DNA of 17,945 nt from Deferribacterales bacterium (GCA_050253075.1 JBFWJS010000010.1:1-17945), one strand, 5' to 3'; counted from the stretch's first letter, positions 1-7,555 are shown. The notes: generated by a model not told the origin, from the sequence alone. Made by a program: numbers and translations.

Positions 1-10
1 TGATTAATAA

Positions 11-646
11 TTAATCATGGGAAAATTCACCCATCACTTTCTGCAGGTCTTCCCAGCAAGGCCTTTTCATATTAGGGTTTCGGAGAAGATAAGCGGGGTG
101 ATATGTAGGCATAACTTTCACACCGTTCAGATCTACGAACTCACCTCGTATCTTTGTGATGCCCAGCTTTGTTTTCAGCAGGTTCTGTGCTGCCACACTG
201 CCGAGGCAGACTATCACTTTAGGCTTGATGAGCTCTATCTGTTTGTAAAGGTACGGTATGCATGTATTTGATTCGTCTTCGAAAGGGTTTCTGTTTTCTG
301 GCGGTCTGCACTTTACGATGTTTGCGATATAGACTGTTTTTCTGGTGTGTCCCATTGCCTCTATCATCTTAGTGAGGAGCTGTCCTGCACGTCCGACAAA
401 AGGCTCGCCCTGCTTGTCCTCGTCTGCGCCGGGACCTTCACCGACAAACATAAGGTCGGCATTCGGATCGCCCACTCCGAAGACAACGTTAGTGCGTGTC
501 TCGTGCAATCTGCACTTCTGGCATTTGCTAACTTGAGCATAAAGGGCTTCGAAAGGGTTCACGTCGGGGGTCTGCTCACACTCTTCGGCGAGCACGTCCT
601 CCACTCCGTATATCTCTTTTATGGGATTTTTATCAAACAGATCCAT
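11..646 (-). CDS. Uracil-DNA glycosylase, family 4 ([4Fe-4S] type)
   Basis: Motifs CQKCRL, VFGVG, FVGEGPG(x)[22 protein letters not shown] and YHPAYLLR. Start moved from ORF-track 697 to ATG at 646 (MDLFDK), which has purine-rich AGGAAGAAGA upstream and overlaps the coaBC 3' end. Confidence 0.93.
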   Translation of the reverse strand: MDLFDKNPIKEIYGVEDVLAEECEQTPDVNPFEALYAQVSKCQKCRLHETRTNVVFGVGDPNADLMFVGEGPGADEDKQGEPFVGRAGQLLTKMIEAMGHTRKTVYIANIVKCRPPENRNPFEDESNTCIPYLYKQIELIKPKVIVCLGSVAAQNLLKTKLGITKIRGEFVDLNGVKVMPTYHPAYLLRNPNMKRPCWEDLQKVMGEFSHD

Positions 647-1826
647 TCTTCTTCCTGAAAATCTCCAGTGCTTTTTCAAGGATGATGGCAGCCACATCGG
701 ACTTGTCTATCTTCCCTGATTCGAGTGTCGTTCCATCGGCGAAAAACATAGAGACCTCATTCTGGTCTGTTTCGAATCCGATGTCTGACCTTGATATATC
801 ATTAGCGACTATGAAGTCGAGCTTTTTCGCCTCGAGCTTTTTCAGTGCGTTTTCACGCACGTCGTTGCTCTCTGCTGCGAATCCTGCGAAAACCTGCCCC
901 GCCTGCTTATCGCCTGCGATGGTTTTAAGTATATCGGGATTCTTCTCCAGCCTGATGTTCATGTCGTCTGCTGTCTTTTTAATCTTCAGCTCGCTGTAGT
1001 CCGCAGGTTTATAATCCGCCACGGCAGCAGCCATTATCAGTATGTCCGTATCTGCGAGGTTCGCCTGTACGGCTCCGAGCATCTCTTCCGCCGTCTGCAC
1101 ATTCACTGCGTCCAGCCCGCTGAGGCTCGCTGTCACAGGCCCTGCGACCACTTTCACCTTTGCGCCAATCTCGACAGCCTTTCTGGCTATCGCTGTGCCC
1201 ATCTTTCCGCTGGAGCGGTTTGATATGTATCTCACAGGGTCGATAGGCTCGACAGTAGGTCCCGCAGTTACCAGAACCCTGACACCGCTGAGCGGCTTAT
1301 CGGCGAAGAGGTATTCGAATATCTCCTCGGGTTCTGCCATCCTGCCTTTACCCTCTGCCTTGCACGCCATCTCGCCCACACCTGGGTCTATTATCCTGTT
1401 GCCCAGCTTTTCGAGCTTTTGCAGGTTTTCCTGTGTGGTGGCATCGGCATACATATCGACATTCATCGAAGGTGAAAATATGATAGGTTTCTTATAAACC
1501 AGAGCTGTGGATGTGAGCAGATTATCGGCTATGCCGTGGGCTATCTTTGCGATTATATTAGCTGTCGCAGGTGCGATGACAAACTCATCCGCCCACCCCG
1601 CAAGGTCGATATGCTCTATCATGTCGGGGTCTATACCGGGGTCAAATTCGCCCGTGTATGCCCTGTTTCTGGTGATGGTCTCAAATGTAAGGGGAGTAAT
1701 AAATTTGCAGGCGTTATCGGTCATGATGACACGAACATCATGACCGGCCTTCATCAGCAGTCTGCAAAGAGTGATGGTCTTGTAGCAGGCAATACCGCCG
1801 GCCACACCGATCAGAAATTTACTCAT
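633..1826 (-). CDS. coaBC: Bifunctional phosphopantothenoylcysteine decarboxylase / phosphopantothenate-cysteine ligase
   Basis: GGIACYK, EHIDLA, APATAN, PSMN, ACxxxGKGRM, TAGPTVEPIDPVRYISNRSSGKMG, AAAVADY, GFAAE. Located downstream of gmk-rpoZ. ATG at 1826 preferred over TTG at 1829. Confidence 0.97.
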   Translation of the reverse strand: MSKFLIGVAGGIACYKTITLCRLLMKAGHDVRVIMTDNACKFITPLTFETITRNRAYTGEFDPGIDPDMIEHIDLAGWADEFVIAPATANIIAKIAHGIADNLLTSTALVYKKPIIFSPSMNVDMYADATTQENLQKLEKLGNRIIDPGVGEMACKAEGKGRMAEPEEIFEYLFADKPLSGVRVLVTAGPTVEPIDPVRYISNRSSGKMGTAIARKAVEIGAKVKVVAGPVTASLSGLDAVNVQTAEEMLGAVQANLADTDILIMAAAVADYKPADYSELKIKKTADDMNIRLEKNPDILKTIAGDKQAGQVFAGFAAESNDVRENALKKLEAKKLDFIVANDISRSDIGFETDQNEVSMFFADGTTLESGKIDKSDVAAIILEKALEIFRKKNGSV

Positions 1827-2061
1827 CAACCTTTTCGTTTACATCTTCTTCTGTCTCGATCTTTTTGAACTCAACCTGATTTCTGATGAGCTCGTCGAGA
1901 GCAGTAGTTGTCACTTTGCTGTGTTCGTCGTTCTGTCTAGGGAGTGTTCCCTCTTTAGGATTGTTGAGCTCTCTTGCTCTCAGTCCTGCAATGTGAACGA
2001 GTTTAAAACGGCTGTTCAGACCTTCTTTTTTGATTACTTTTTCAATATCAAGAAGCGGCAC
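1819..2061 (-). CDS. rpoZ: DNA-directed RNA polymerase subunit omega
   Basis: 80 aa with SRFKLVHIAGLRAREL and K(V)TTTALDEL motifs. Canonical position between gmk and coaBC. GTG start with GGAGG RBS. Confidence 0.92.
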   Translation of the reverse strand: MPLLDIEKVIKKEGLNSRFKLVHIAGLRARELNNPKEGTLPRQNDEHSKVTTTALDELIRNQVEFKKIETEEDVNEKVDE

Positions 2062-2673
2062 TTAATCTACCTCCATAATGTCTTCTATAGATTCTATAGT
2101 ATCGGCCTTCAGATGCTCGGCTATATATATAGCCTCGAGCTCTGCCGTAGCCTTGTTTATCTCACTGTTTACAATGACATAGTCATATTCGTGTACGTGG
2201 CGGACCTCTTCTCTGGCGTTGTCCAGCCTGATCTTCATGATCTCTTCGCTCTCCGTACGTCTATTTATAAGCCTTTTTCTCAAATCTTCCATAGACGGTG
2301 CAGTTATAAATATATAAATGCCGTAGTCCAGCTTTTCTCTGAGCTGGCGTGCGCCCTTCGGATCGATATCCAGCAGTACGTCGCTCCCTGTGCCGAGTAT
2401 CTCCTCGACCTTTATGCGGGATGTCCCGTAATAGTTCCCGTGAACCTGAGCCCACTCGAGGAACTCGTCTCTCTCTATCATACTCTTAAAGGTGTCTACG
2501 TCTACGAAGTAATAGTCTTCGGTGTCGGTCTCGTCGTGGCGGGGTTTCCTTGTGGTGTAAGACACGGAGTAGCCTATGGTGTCGAACCTGCCCAGAAGCC
2601 TGTTGCATAAAGTGGTCTTGCCCGCACCGCTCGGAGCGCTAACGACAAACAGCTTACCTTTAGTAAATCTCAT
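2062..2673 (-). CDS. gmk: Guanylate kinase
   Basis: P-loop SAPSGAGKTT, SVSYTTRKPR, EWAQVHGNYYGT, LLDID. Confidence 0.97.
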   Translation of the reverse strand: MRFTKGKLFVVSAPSGAGKTTLCNRLLGRFDTIGYSVSYTTRKPRHDETDTEDYYFVDVDTFKSMIERDEFLEWAQVHGNYYGTSRIKVEEILGTGSDVLLDIDPKGARQLREKLDYGIYIFITAPSMEDLRKRLINRRTESEEIMKIRLDNAREEVRHVHEYDYVIVNSEINKATAELEAIYIAEHLKADTIESIEDIMEVD

Positions 2674-3548
2674 ACCAGATTCTGCACCTGTTCTCTGATC
2701 TTTTCAATCTCACTTTTGGCTTCGACCACATTGTTTATGATGGATGTCTTGCCGCTTTTAGACCCGATAGTGTTGAACTCTCTGTTCAGCTCCTGACACA
2801 TGAAATCGAGCTTCTTCCCTGCGGAATCCTCTTCGCCCAGAATCTTTCTGAACTGCTCAACGTGTGAGTCTATGCGGGTGATCTCTTCCTGAATGTCGGC
2901 CTTTTCACCCATGATGGCTGCTTCCTGAACTATGCGTTCGTTGTCTGCCACGCCCATCTCATTTATGCGTTTTGTAAAACGCTCTTTCCAGTGTTCAAAT
3001 ACACCGGCTCTGTTTTCGTCTATCTCTGATGCAATGTTTTTAAGGATTGTCAGCCTGTCGAGCATATCCTGAGCGAGGTTTGCTCCTTCCTGTATGCGCA
3101 TGGCGTCGAGGCTGAGCGCGCACTCTTTAACAGTTTCGAGGACAAATTCGCCGAGCTTCTCGCCGACGTCGTCTGTCTCTTCGGATTCGAGTATGTCGTT
3201 AAAGTTAAGCACATGCTCGAGCTTCACTTCGCCTTCGATGCCGAATTTGTTTTTAAGATCGGCAAAGACAGACATGTAGCTGGCGACAGCCTCTTCCCTC
3301 AGGACAGGCTTATACTGCTGTTTTTTCAGCTTAAGGTCGATGTTTATGTCTACCTTTCCGCGGATGAGTATGTCTTTAACTGTGTTTTTAAGGTTTATCT
3401 CTATGAAGTTGAATAGGCGGGGCATCCTGACATTACAGTCGAAATACCTGCTGTTCACAGATTTCATCTCTACTTTGAGGTCGCAGAGATCATTGCCCGT
3501 AACGATCTTACCGTATCCGGTCATGCTTTTGGCGGTCATTTTTACCAT
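2670..3548 (-). CDS. yicC: YicC/YloC family endoribonuclease
   Basis: SMTGYG, KSVNSRY, RGKVD, DIQEEITR, GKKLDF..QELNREFNTIGSK and C-terminal EKIREQVQN. Conserved position upstream of gmk. The start could alternatively be ATG at 3539. Confidence 0.93.
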   Translation of the reverse strand: MVKMTAKSMTGYGKIVTGNDLCDLKVEMKSVNSRYFDCNVRMPRLFNFIEINLKNTVKDILIRGKVDINIDLKLKKQQYKPVLREEAVASYMSVFADLKNKFGIEGEVKLEHVLNFNDILESEETDDVGEKLGEFVLETVKECALSLDAMRIQEGANLAQDMLDRLTILKNIASEIDENRAGVFEHWKERFTKRINEMGVADNERIVQEAAIMGEKADIQEEITRIDSHVEQFRKILGEEDSAGKKLDFMCQELNREFNTIGSKSGKTSIINNVVEAKSEIEKIREQVQNLV

Positions 3549-3614
3549 CCGAATTTAATTCCCCTCGGCTGTAAACAATGCCCATGCACGGTAACACAGC
3601 AGACAGGGTTTAAA

Positions 3615-3643
3615 ATGATACCGAATATGCTATGTAAGGTCAA
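3615..3643 (-). promoter_or_regulatory. Sigma70-type promoter for the yicC-gmk-rpoZ-coaBC-udg operon
   Basis: The minus strand reads TTGACC-N17-TATCAT, about 70 bp upstream of yicC. Confidence 0.65.
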
Positions 3644-3809
3644 TATGTTTCAGTTGATATTAATACTTTATCTGCCTATGTATATATGAGCAGGTTATAG
3701 AATTTTTCAATAATTGTTATTTCTTCTTCAATTTTTTTGATAATGTGTTATTTATAGACCGTTTAAAATACTAATCATAATACTAATAGATTTACCAGGA
3801 GCCGAAATC

Positions 3810-5261
3810 ATGAGCCAACTTAACACAGAAGCCTACATGAAGGACTGGACAGAGAGAGAAGACATCGCTTCCTCTATGATCCCCATCATCACAAAGCTTT
3901 ACAAAGAGCGCGGAGTGGTTATGCGCCTTTTCAGCCAGTCACTCTTCCGCAAAGACCCAGTAAACATCGTCAAAGCACACAGATATTCCAGACTTATCAT
4001 CGACCACGAGATATCAGTACGCGACACATCGCCTATACTCGAAGCCGTCGCAGAGATGGACCTTAAACCATGTACTATCGACATAGGCAGACTGTATGCT
4101 AAATACGCTAAGACAGATAGATCTGAGCCGGTAGGCGTTTTTGTTCATAAAGAGCTCGCAAACATCGTTGCCACCGAAGAAGACCAGAGAGAGGACAGAG
4201 ATGTTGTCCTTTACGGTTTCGGACGTATCGGACGCCTCATGGCGAGAATCCTCGTTAACCGTTCCGGCGCTGCGAAAGGCCTCCGCCTCAGAGCAGTAGT
4301 GGCGAGGACAACAGCTAAAAAAGACCTCGCAAAGCGTGCCAGCCTCCTCCGCAGAGACTCAGTACACGGTCAGTTCGACGGTACTATCATCGTTCTCGAG
4401 GAAGAAGACGCTATGATAGTGAACGGCAACTATATCAAATTCATATTTGCCGATGCACCTGATCAGATAGACTACACACAGTACGGCATAGACAGAGCCG
4501 TCGTCATAGACAACACAGGTAAATGGAGAGACAGAGACGGACTCGGACTCCACCTGAAGTCTAAAGGCGTGGACAAGGTCATCCTCACTGCACCGGGCAA
4601 AGGCGACCTGCCGAACATCGTATACGGCATCAACCAGCACATGCTGGATAAGGAAGAGCGCATCATCACAGCCGCAAGCTGTACAACAAATGCTATCGTT
4701 CCTGCGCTGAAATACATAAACGACAAATACGGCATCAAAAACGGACACGTTGAAACATGCCACTCTTATACAAACGACCAGAACCTCATCGACAACTATC
4801 ACAAGAGCGACAGACGCGGAAGAAGCGCACCTCTTAACATGGTTATCACTGAGACAGGCGCAGCAAAAGCCGTTGCCAAAGCTCTCCCTGAGCTCGCAGG
4901 CAAGCTGACAGGAAACGCTATACGTGTCCCCACACCAAACGTTTCACTCGCCATACTGAACCTGACTCTGGAGAAAGAGACTACAAAAGATGAGCTGAAC
5001 ACATACCTCAGAGACATCTCTCTCGACTCTGTAAACTCCGACCAGCTCGGATACGTGAACTCTCCTGAAGTTGTTTCATCAGACTTCGTGGGTAACAAGT
5101 TCACAGGTATAGTCGACGGTCTCGCCACTATCGTAGACGGCGACAGAGCCATAGTTTACGTCTGGTACGACAACGAATACGGATACAGCCGTCAGGTTAA
5201 CCGTATCGCAGAATATGTTTGCGGTCTCCGCCTTAAGACATATCCTGAAAGAACTATATAA
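3810..5261 (+). CDS. gap: Glyceraldehyde-3-phosphate dehydrogenase, long form with ~130-aa N-terminal extension
   Basis: LYGFGRIGR dinucleotide-binding motif at about residue 134, DSVHG, DNTG, catalytic ASCTTN, HSYTNDQ, TGAAKAV, RVPTPNVS, WYDNEYGY. AGGAG RBS. Confidence 0.96.
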   Translation: MSQLNTEAYMKDWTEREDIASSMIPIITKLYKERGVVMRLFSQSLFRKDPVNIVKAHRYSRLIIDHEISVRDTSPILEAVAEMDLKPCTIDIGRLYAKYAKTDRSEPVGVFVHKELANIVATEEDQREDRDVVLYGFGRIGRLMARILVNRSGAAKGLRLRAVVARTTAKKDLAKRASLLRRDSVHGQFDGTIIVLEEEDAMIVNGNYIKFIFADAPDQIDYTQYGIDRAVVIDNTGKWRDRDGLGLHLKSKGVDKVILTAPGKGDLPNIVYGINQHMLDKEERIITAASCTTNAIVPALKYINDKYGIKNGHVETCHSYTNDQNLIDNYHKSDRRGRSAPLNMVITETGAAKAVAKALPELAGKLTGNAIRVPTPNVSLAILNLTLEKETTKDELNTYLRDISLDSVNSDQLGYVNSPEVVSSDFVGNKFTGIVDGLATIVDGDRAIVYVWYDNEYGYSRQVNRIAEYVCGLRLKTYPERTI

Positions 5262-5500
5262 CTGTGTCAAAAAGGCTCGTCCGTGAGCTTTTTGACTAAG
5301 GCATCTACTGAACAAGTACAGCAGATACCTCCGCAAGCGAAGCACATCCATGTGCTTTTAACTGTGTCAAAAAAGCTCGTCCATGAGCTTTTTGACTAAG
5401 GCATCTACTGAACAAGTACAGCAGATACCTCCGCAAGCGAAGCACATCCATGTGCTTTTAACTGTGTCAAAAACGCTCGTCCATGAGCGTTAAATTTTGA
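5259..5500. repeat. Tandem array of a 100-bp multi-hairpin element (2 full copies + partial third), REP/BIME-like
   Basis: Units 5261-5360 and 5361-5460 are identical at 98/100 positions, differing at 5274/5374 and 5283/5383. A third copy starts at 5461 and diverges after about 5490. Each unit contains three inverted repeats (in copy 1: 5266-5296, 5299-5330, 5340-5357). Confidence 0.95.
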
Positions 5501-5513
5501 AACAATAAGAACC

Positions 5514-5544
5514 AAGAGCCGGCAGAAATGTCGGCTCTTATTTT
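5514..5544 (+). terminator. Rho-independent terminator of gap
   Basis: AAGAGCCGGCA-GAAA-TGTCGGCTCTT 11-bp stem (one G.U pair) with a GNRA loop, followed by ATTTT. Confidence 0.8.
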
Positions 5545-5692
5545 GTCATTAAGATAAGTTAACGTTTAGATAATTTTAACATTATAATAGACAGGTAGCT
5601 ATTCTCACTATTCTGCCAAGAATCCTCGAATAAGCCATAATACTGCCACATAAGCCATTTTGAAGAGACTTGCAAGTCAAGGGCGATTTATA

Positions 5693-5719
5693 TTAAGCGT
5701 TTCCAATACGTGACGATAT
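5693..5719 (+). promoter_or_regulatory. Putative sigma28 (FliA)-type promoter
   Basis: TTAAGCGT-N11-GACGATAT compared with the consensus TAAAGTTT-N11-GCCGATAA. Lies 39 bp upstream of the ATG at 5759. Confidence 0.55.
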
Positions 5720-5758
5720 GTAGATAACATGGATTCTGCATATTTTGAGAGGTGCGTA

Positions 5759-7513
5759 ATGTTCATATCAGGAGTCAACAACACACATACTTTTTTCAGC
5801 CACAGCAGTGTTAAGAATGAAACTGTCGATTTGTCTCTTGATTTATCTGACAGATACACACCCTCAGTCGAAACTGAAAATGCATCCACATACACCTATG
5901 TAGGGAGCGGAAATAATATTTTTACAGATTTTCAGGATCAGAACGACCTTTCCAGACTTATAAAAGATGTAGCACAGGATACACTTGATAACTTTTTAGT
6001 AGAAATCGAAGAAGCACTTGAAAACCCCGGCAGCCGAGATAACCAAGTTGCAACGGGCGGAAAAGGAAACGATAAAATTTCAACATACTGGGGCAACTTC
6101 CAATATGCAAGCGGTGGAGACGGAGACGATGAGGTCTCAACATCTTGGGGCGATTTCCAGTTTGCCGACGGCGGAAACGGAAATGACACCGTTTCAACTT
6201 TCTGGGGAGATTTTCAGTTCGCCAACGGCGGAAACGGGGACGACACAGTATCAACCTACTGGGGAGACTATCAATTCGCCAACGGCGGTAATGGTAACGA
6301 CATAGTGTCAACAGGATGGGGAGATTATCAGTTCGCAAGCGGCGGAAACGGTGACGACGTGGTCTCTTCTTTTTGGGGCGATTATCAATTTGCAAGCGGC
6401 GGAAACGGAAACGACGTAGTCTCAACATACTGGGGAGACTATCAATACGCCGACGGCGGTGCGGGCAATGATGTTGTCAGCACATATTGGGGCGATCATC
6501 AGTTCGCAATGGGCAAAAGCGGAAATGACATTGTCTCCACCGGATGGGGAGACAACCAATACTCCAGCGGCGGAGACGGCAACGACATAGTATCCTCATA
6601 CTGGGGGGATAACCAGTTCGCAGACGGCGGTGACGGCAACGATATCGTCAGAGCCGATTGGGGAGAGAACCTGTATGCCACAGGCAGAAGAGGAAACGAC
6701 ATAGTCTCTACAAGCAGAGGGGACAACCAATTTGCTGACGGAGACATCGGTGATGATAAAGTAAGTACCTATTGGGGTGATAATCAATTCGCCATGGGCG
6801 GAGAAGGCAATGATATAGTCTCATCATACTGGGGTGACAACCAACACGCCGACGGCGGCGATGGAAATGACGTTATCTCCACCGGCAGAGGAGATTATCA
6901 GTTTGCCAACGGCGGAAACGGCAACGACTATATAACCGTAAGCTCCGGAAATAACGTCAGAGCACTCGGCGGAAACGGTAACGATGTCATAGTGGCTAAA
7001 AGTGTTTCAAATGTAACTCTGGACGGTGGAGCAGGGAATGACTTCATCCAGGGCTACGGAAACATCATAGGCGGCAAAGGCAACGATGTAATAAACATCA
7101 CAGGCTCTACATACTCCGAGCAATACGGGTACAACACAAGCGTTTTAACTTACAAACGCGGAGACGGACACGACCTGATAGCTACAAACGGCAAAAGCGT
7201 CGTTATCGATATGAAAAACATATCCAGCGAAGACGTTGAAATAGATAAGTATATCAATGAAAAAACAGGACTTTCTGAAATAAGCGTCACAATGAAGGAC
7301 GGCAGCGGAAGCCTTATAATTTCTCCGGAAAAGCCTACTACTAAACCTGAACCTATAACAGGGCCTGAAGCAAACTCTGAAACAGATAATGAATATGCCC
7401 TCGTAGTAGTTGTTGATGCGAACAAAAACAATAATGACAATATAAGCATTGATGACGGCAGGAGCAAAGCAAGCTCTTACCTTCAATTCAGTGACAAAGA
7501 TATCTCATTCTAA
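5759..7513 (+). CDS. Calcium-binding RTX-like beta-roll/beta-solenoid protein with 19-aa Trp-containing repeats (probably secreted; function unknown)
   Basis: Nineteen GGxGxD-type nonapeptide motifs, 17 of them in a 19-aa register. The start at 5759 (MFISGVNN) has a GAGAGGTG RBS; the ORF-track start at 5729 has none. No Sec signal peptide or TM segment is visible. Confidence 0.85.
   Translation: MFISGVNNTHTFFSHSSVKNETVDLSLDLSDRYTPSVETENASTYTYVGSGNNIFTDFQDQNDLSRLIKDVAQDTLDNFLVEIEEALENPGSRDNQVATGGKGNDKISTYWGNFQYASGGDGDDEVSTSWGDFQFADGGNGNDTVSTFWGDFQFANGGNGDDTVSTYWGDYQFANGGNGNDIVSTGWGDYQFASGGNGDDVVSSFWGDYQFASGGNGNDVVSTYWGDYQYADGGAGNDVVSTYWGDHQFAMGKSGNDIVSTGWGDNQYSSGGDGNDIVSSYWGDNQFADGGDGNDIVRADWGENLYATGRRGNDIVSTSRGDNQFADGDIGDDKVSTYWGDNQFAMGGEGNDIVSSYWGDNQHADGGDGNDVISTGRGDYQFANGGNGNDYITVSSGNNVRALGGNGNDVIVAKSVSNVTLDGGAGNDFIQGYGNIIGGKGNDVINITGSTYSEQYGYNTSVLTYKRGDGHDLIATNGKSVVIDMKNISSEDVEIDKYINEKTGLSEISVTMKDGSGSLIISPEKPTTKPEPITGPEANSETDNEYALVVVVDANKNNNDNISIDDGRSKASSYLQFSDKDISF
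6056..7024 (+). repeat. Intragenic 57-bp (19-aa) tandem repeat, consensus GGxGNDxVSTxWGDxQFAx
   Basis: Fifteen well-conserved units at 6056-6910 plus two degenerate units to 7024. Synonymous positions are diverged between units. Confidence 0.95.
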
Positions 7514-7519
7514 AAAAAT

Positions 7520-7548
7520 AAAACCCCGATAGAGTATATCGGGGTTTT
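7520..7548. terminator. Bidirectional rho-independent terminator
   Basis: AAAACCCCGATA-GAGTA-TATCGGGGTTTT perfect inverted repeat with T-tracts on both strands, between two convergent stop codons (7513 and 7556). Confidence 0.88.
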
Positions 7549-7555
7549 TCTTTGC

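Noticed and set aside
3549..3608. Possible structured leader or riboswitch upstream of yicC (GCTGT...ACAGC on the minus strand)
   Set aside because: Only a 5-bp outer stem and a 3-bp inner stem, with no recognisable aptamer or terminator. Consistent with chance.
5261..5490. CRISPR array interpretation (palindromic ~31-bp H1 recurring every 100 bp)
   Set aside because: The intervening ~69-bp segments are identical between units and are themselves palindromic, so they are not unique spacers. There are no cas genes in the window.
5633..5648. Minus-strand sigma54-like promoter TGGCAGTATTATGGCT pointing toward the repeat array
   Set aside because: GG-N10-GC spacing is present, but the -12 element is TGGC rather than TTGC, and the match is a by-product of the GCCA direct repeats. 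Too weak to call.
5261..5760. Type III toxin-antitoxin layout (repeat array, terminator, ORF)
   Set aside because: The units are 100 bp, longer than known toxI/cptI/tenpI repeats. No dedicated promoter precedes the array, and the downstream ORF is a repeat solenoid with its own promoter, not a ToxN-like RNase.
5677..5895. 72-aa minus-strand ORF overlapping the RTX-like gene start
   Set aside because: It is antisense to the supported gene and its promoter, and has no motif support.
6056..7024. Ice-binding/antifreeze protein or RTX pore-forming toxin call
   Set aside because: There is no Thr-ladder xGTGND ice face, no hydrophobic pore domain, and no rtxC/hlyBD genes nearby.
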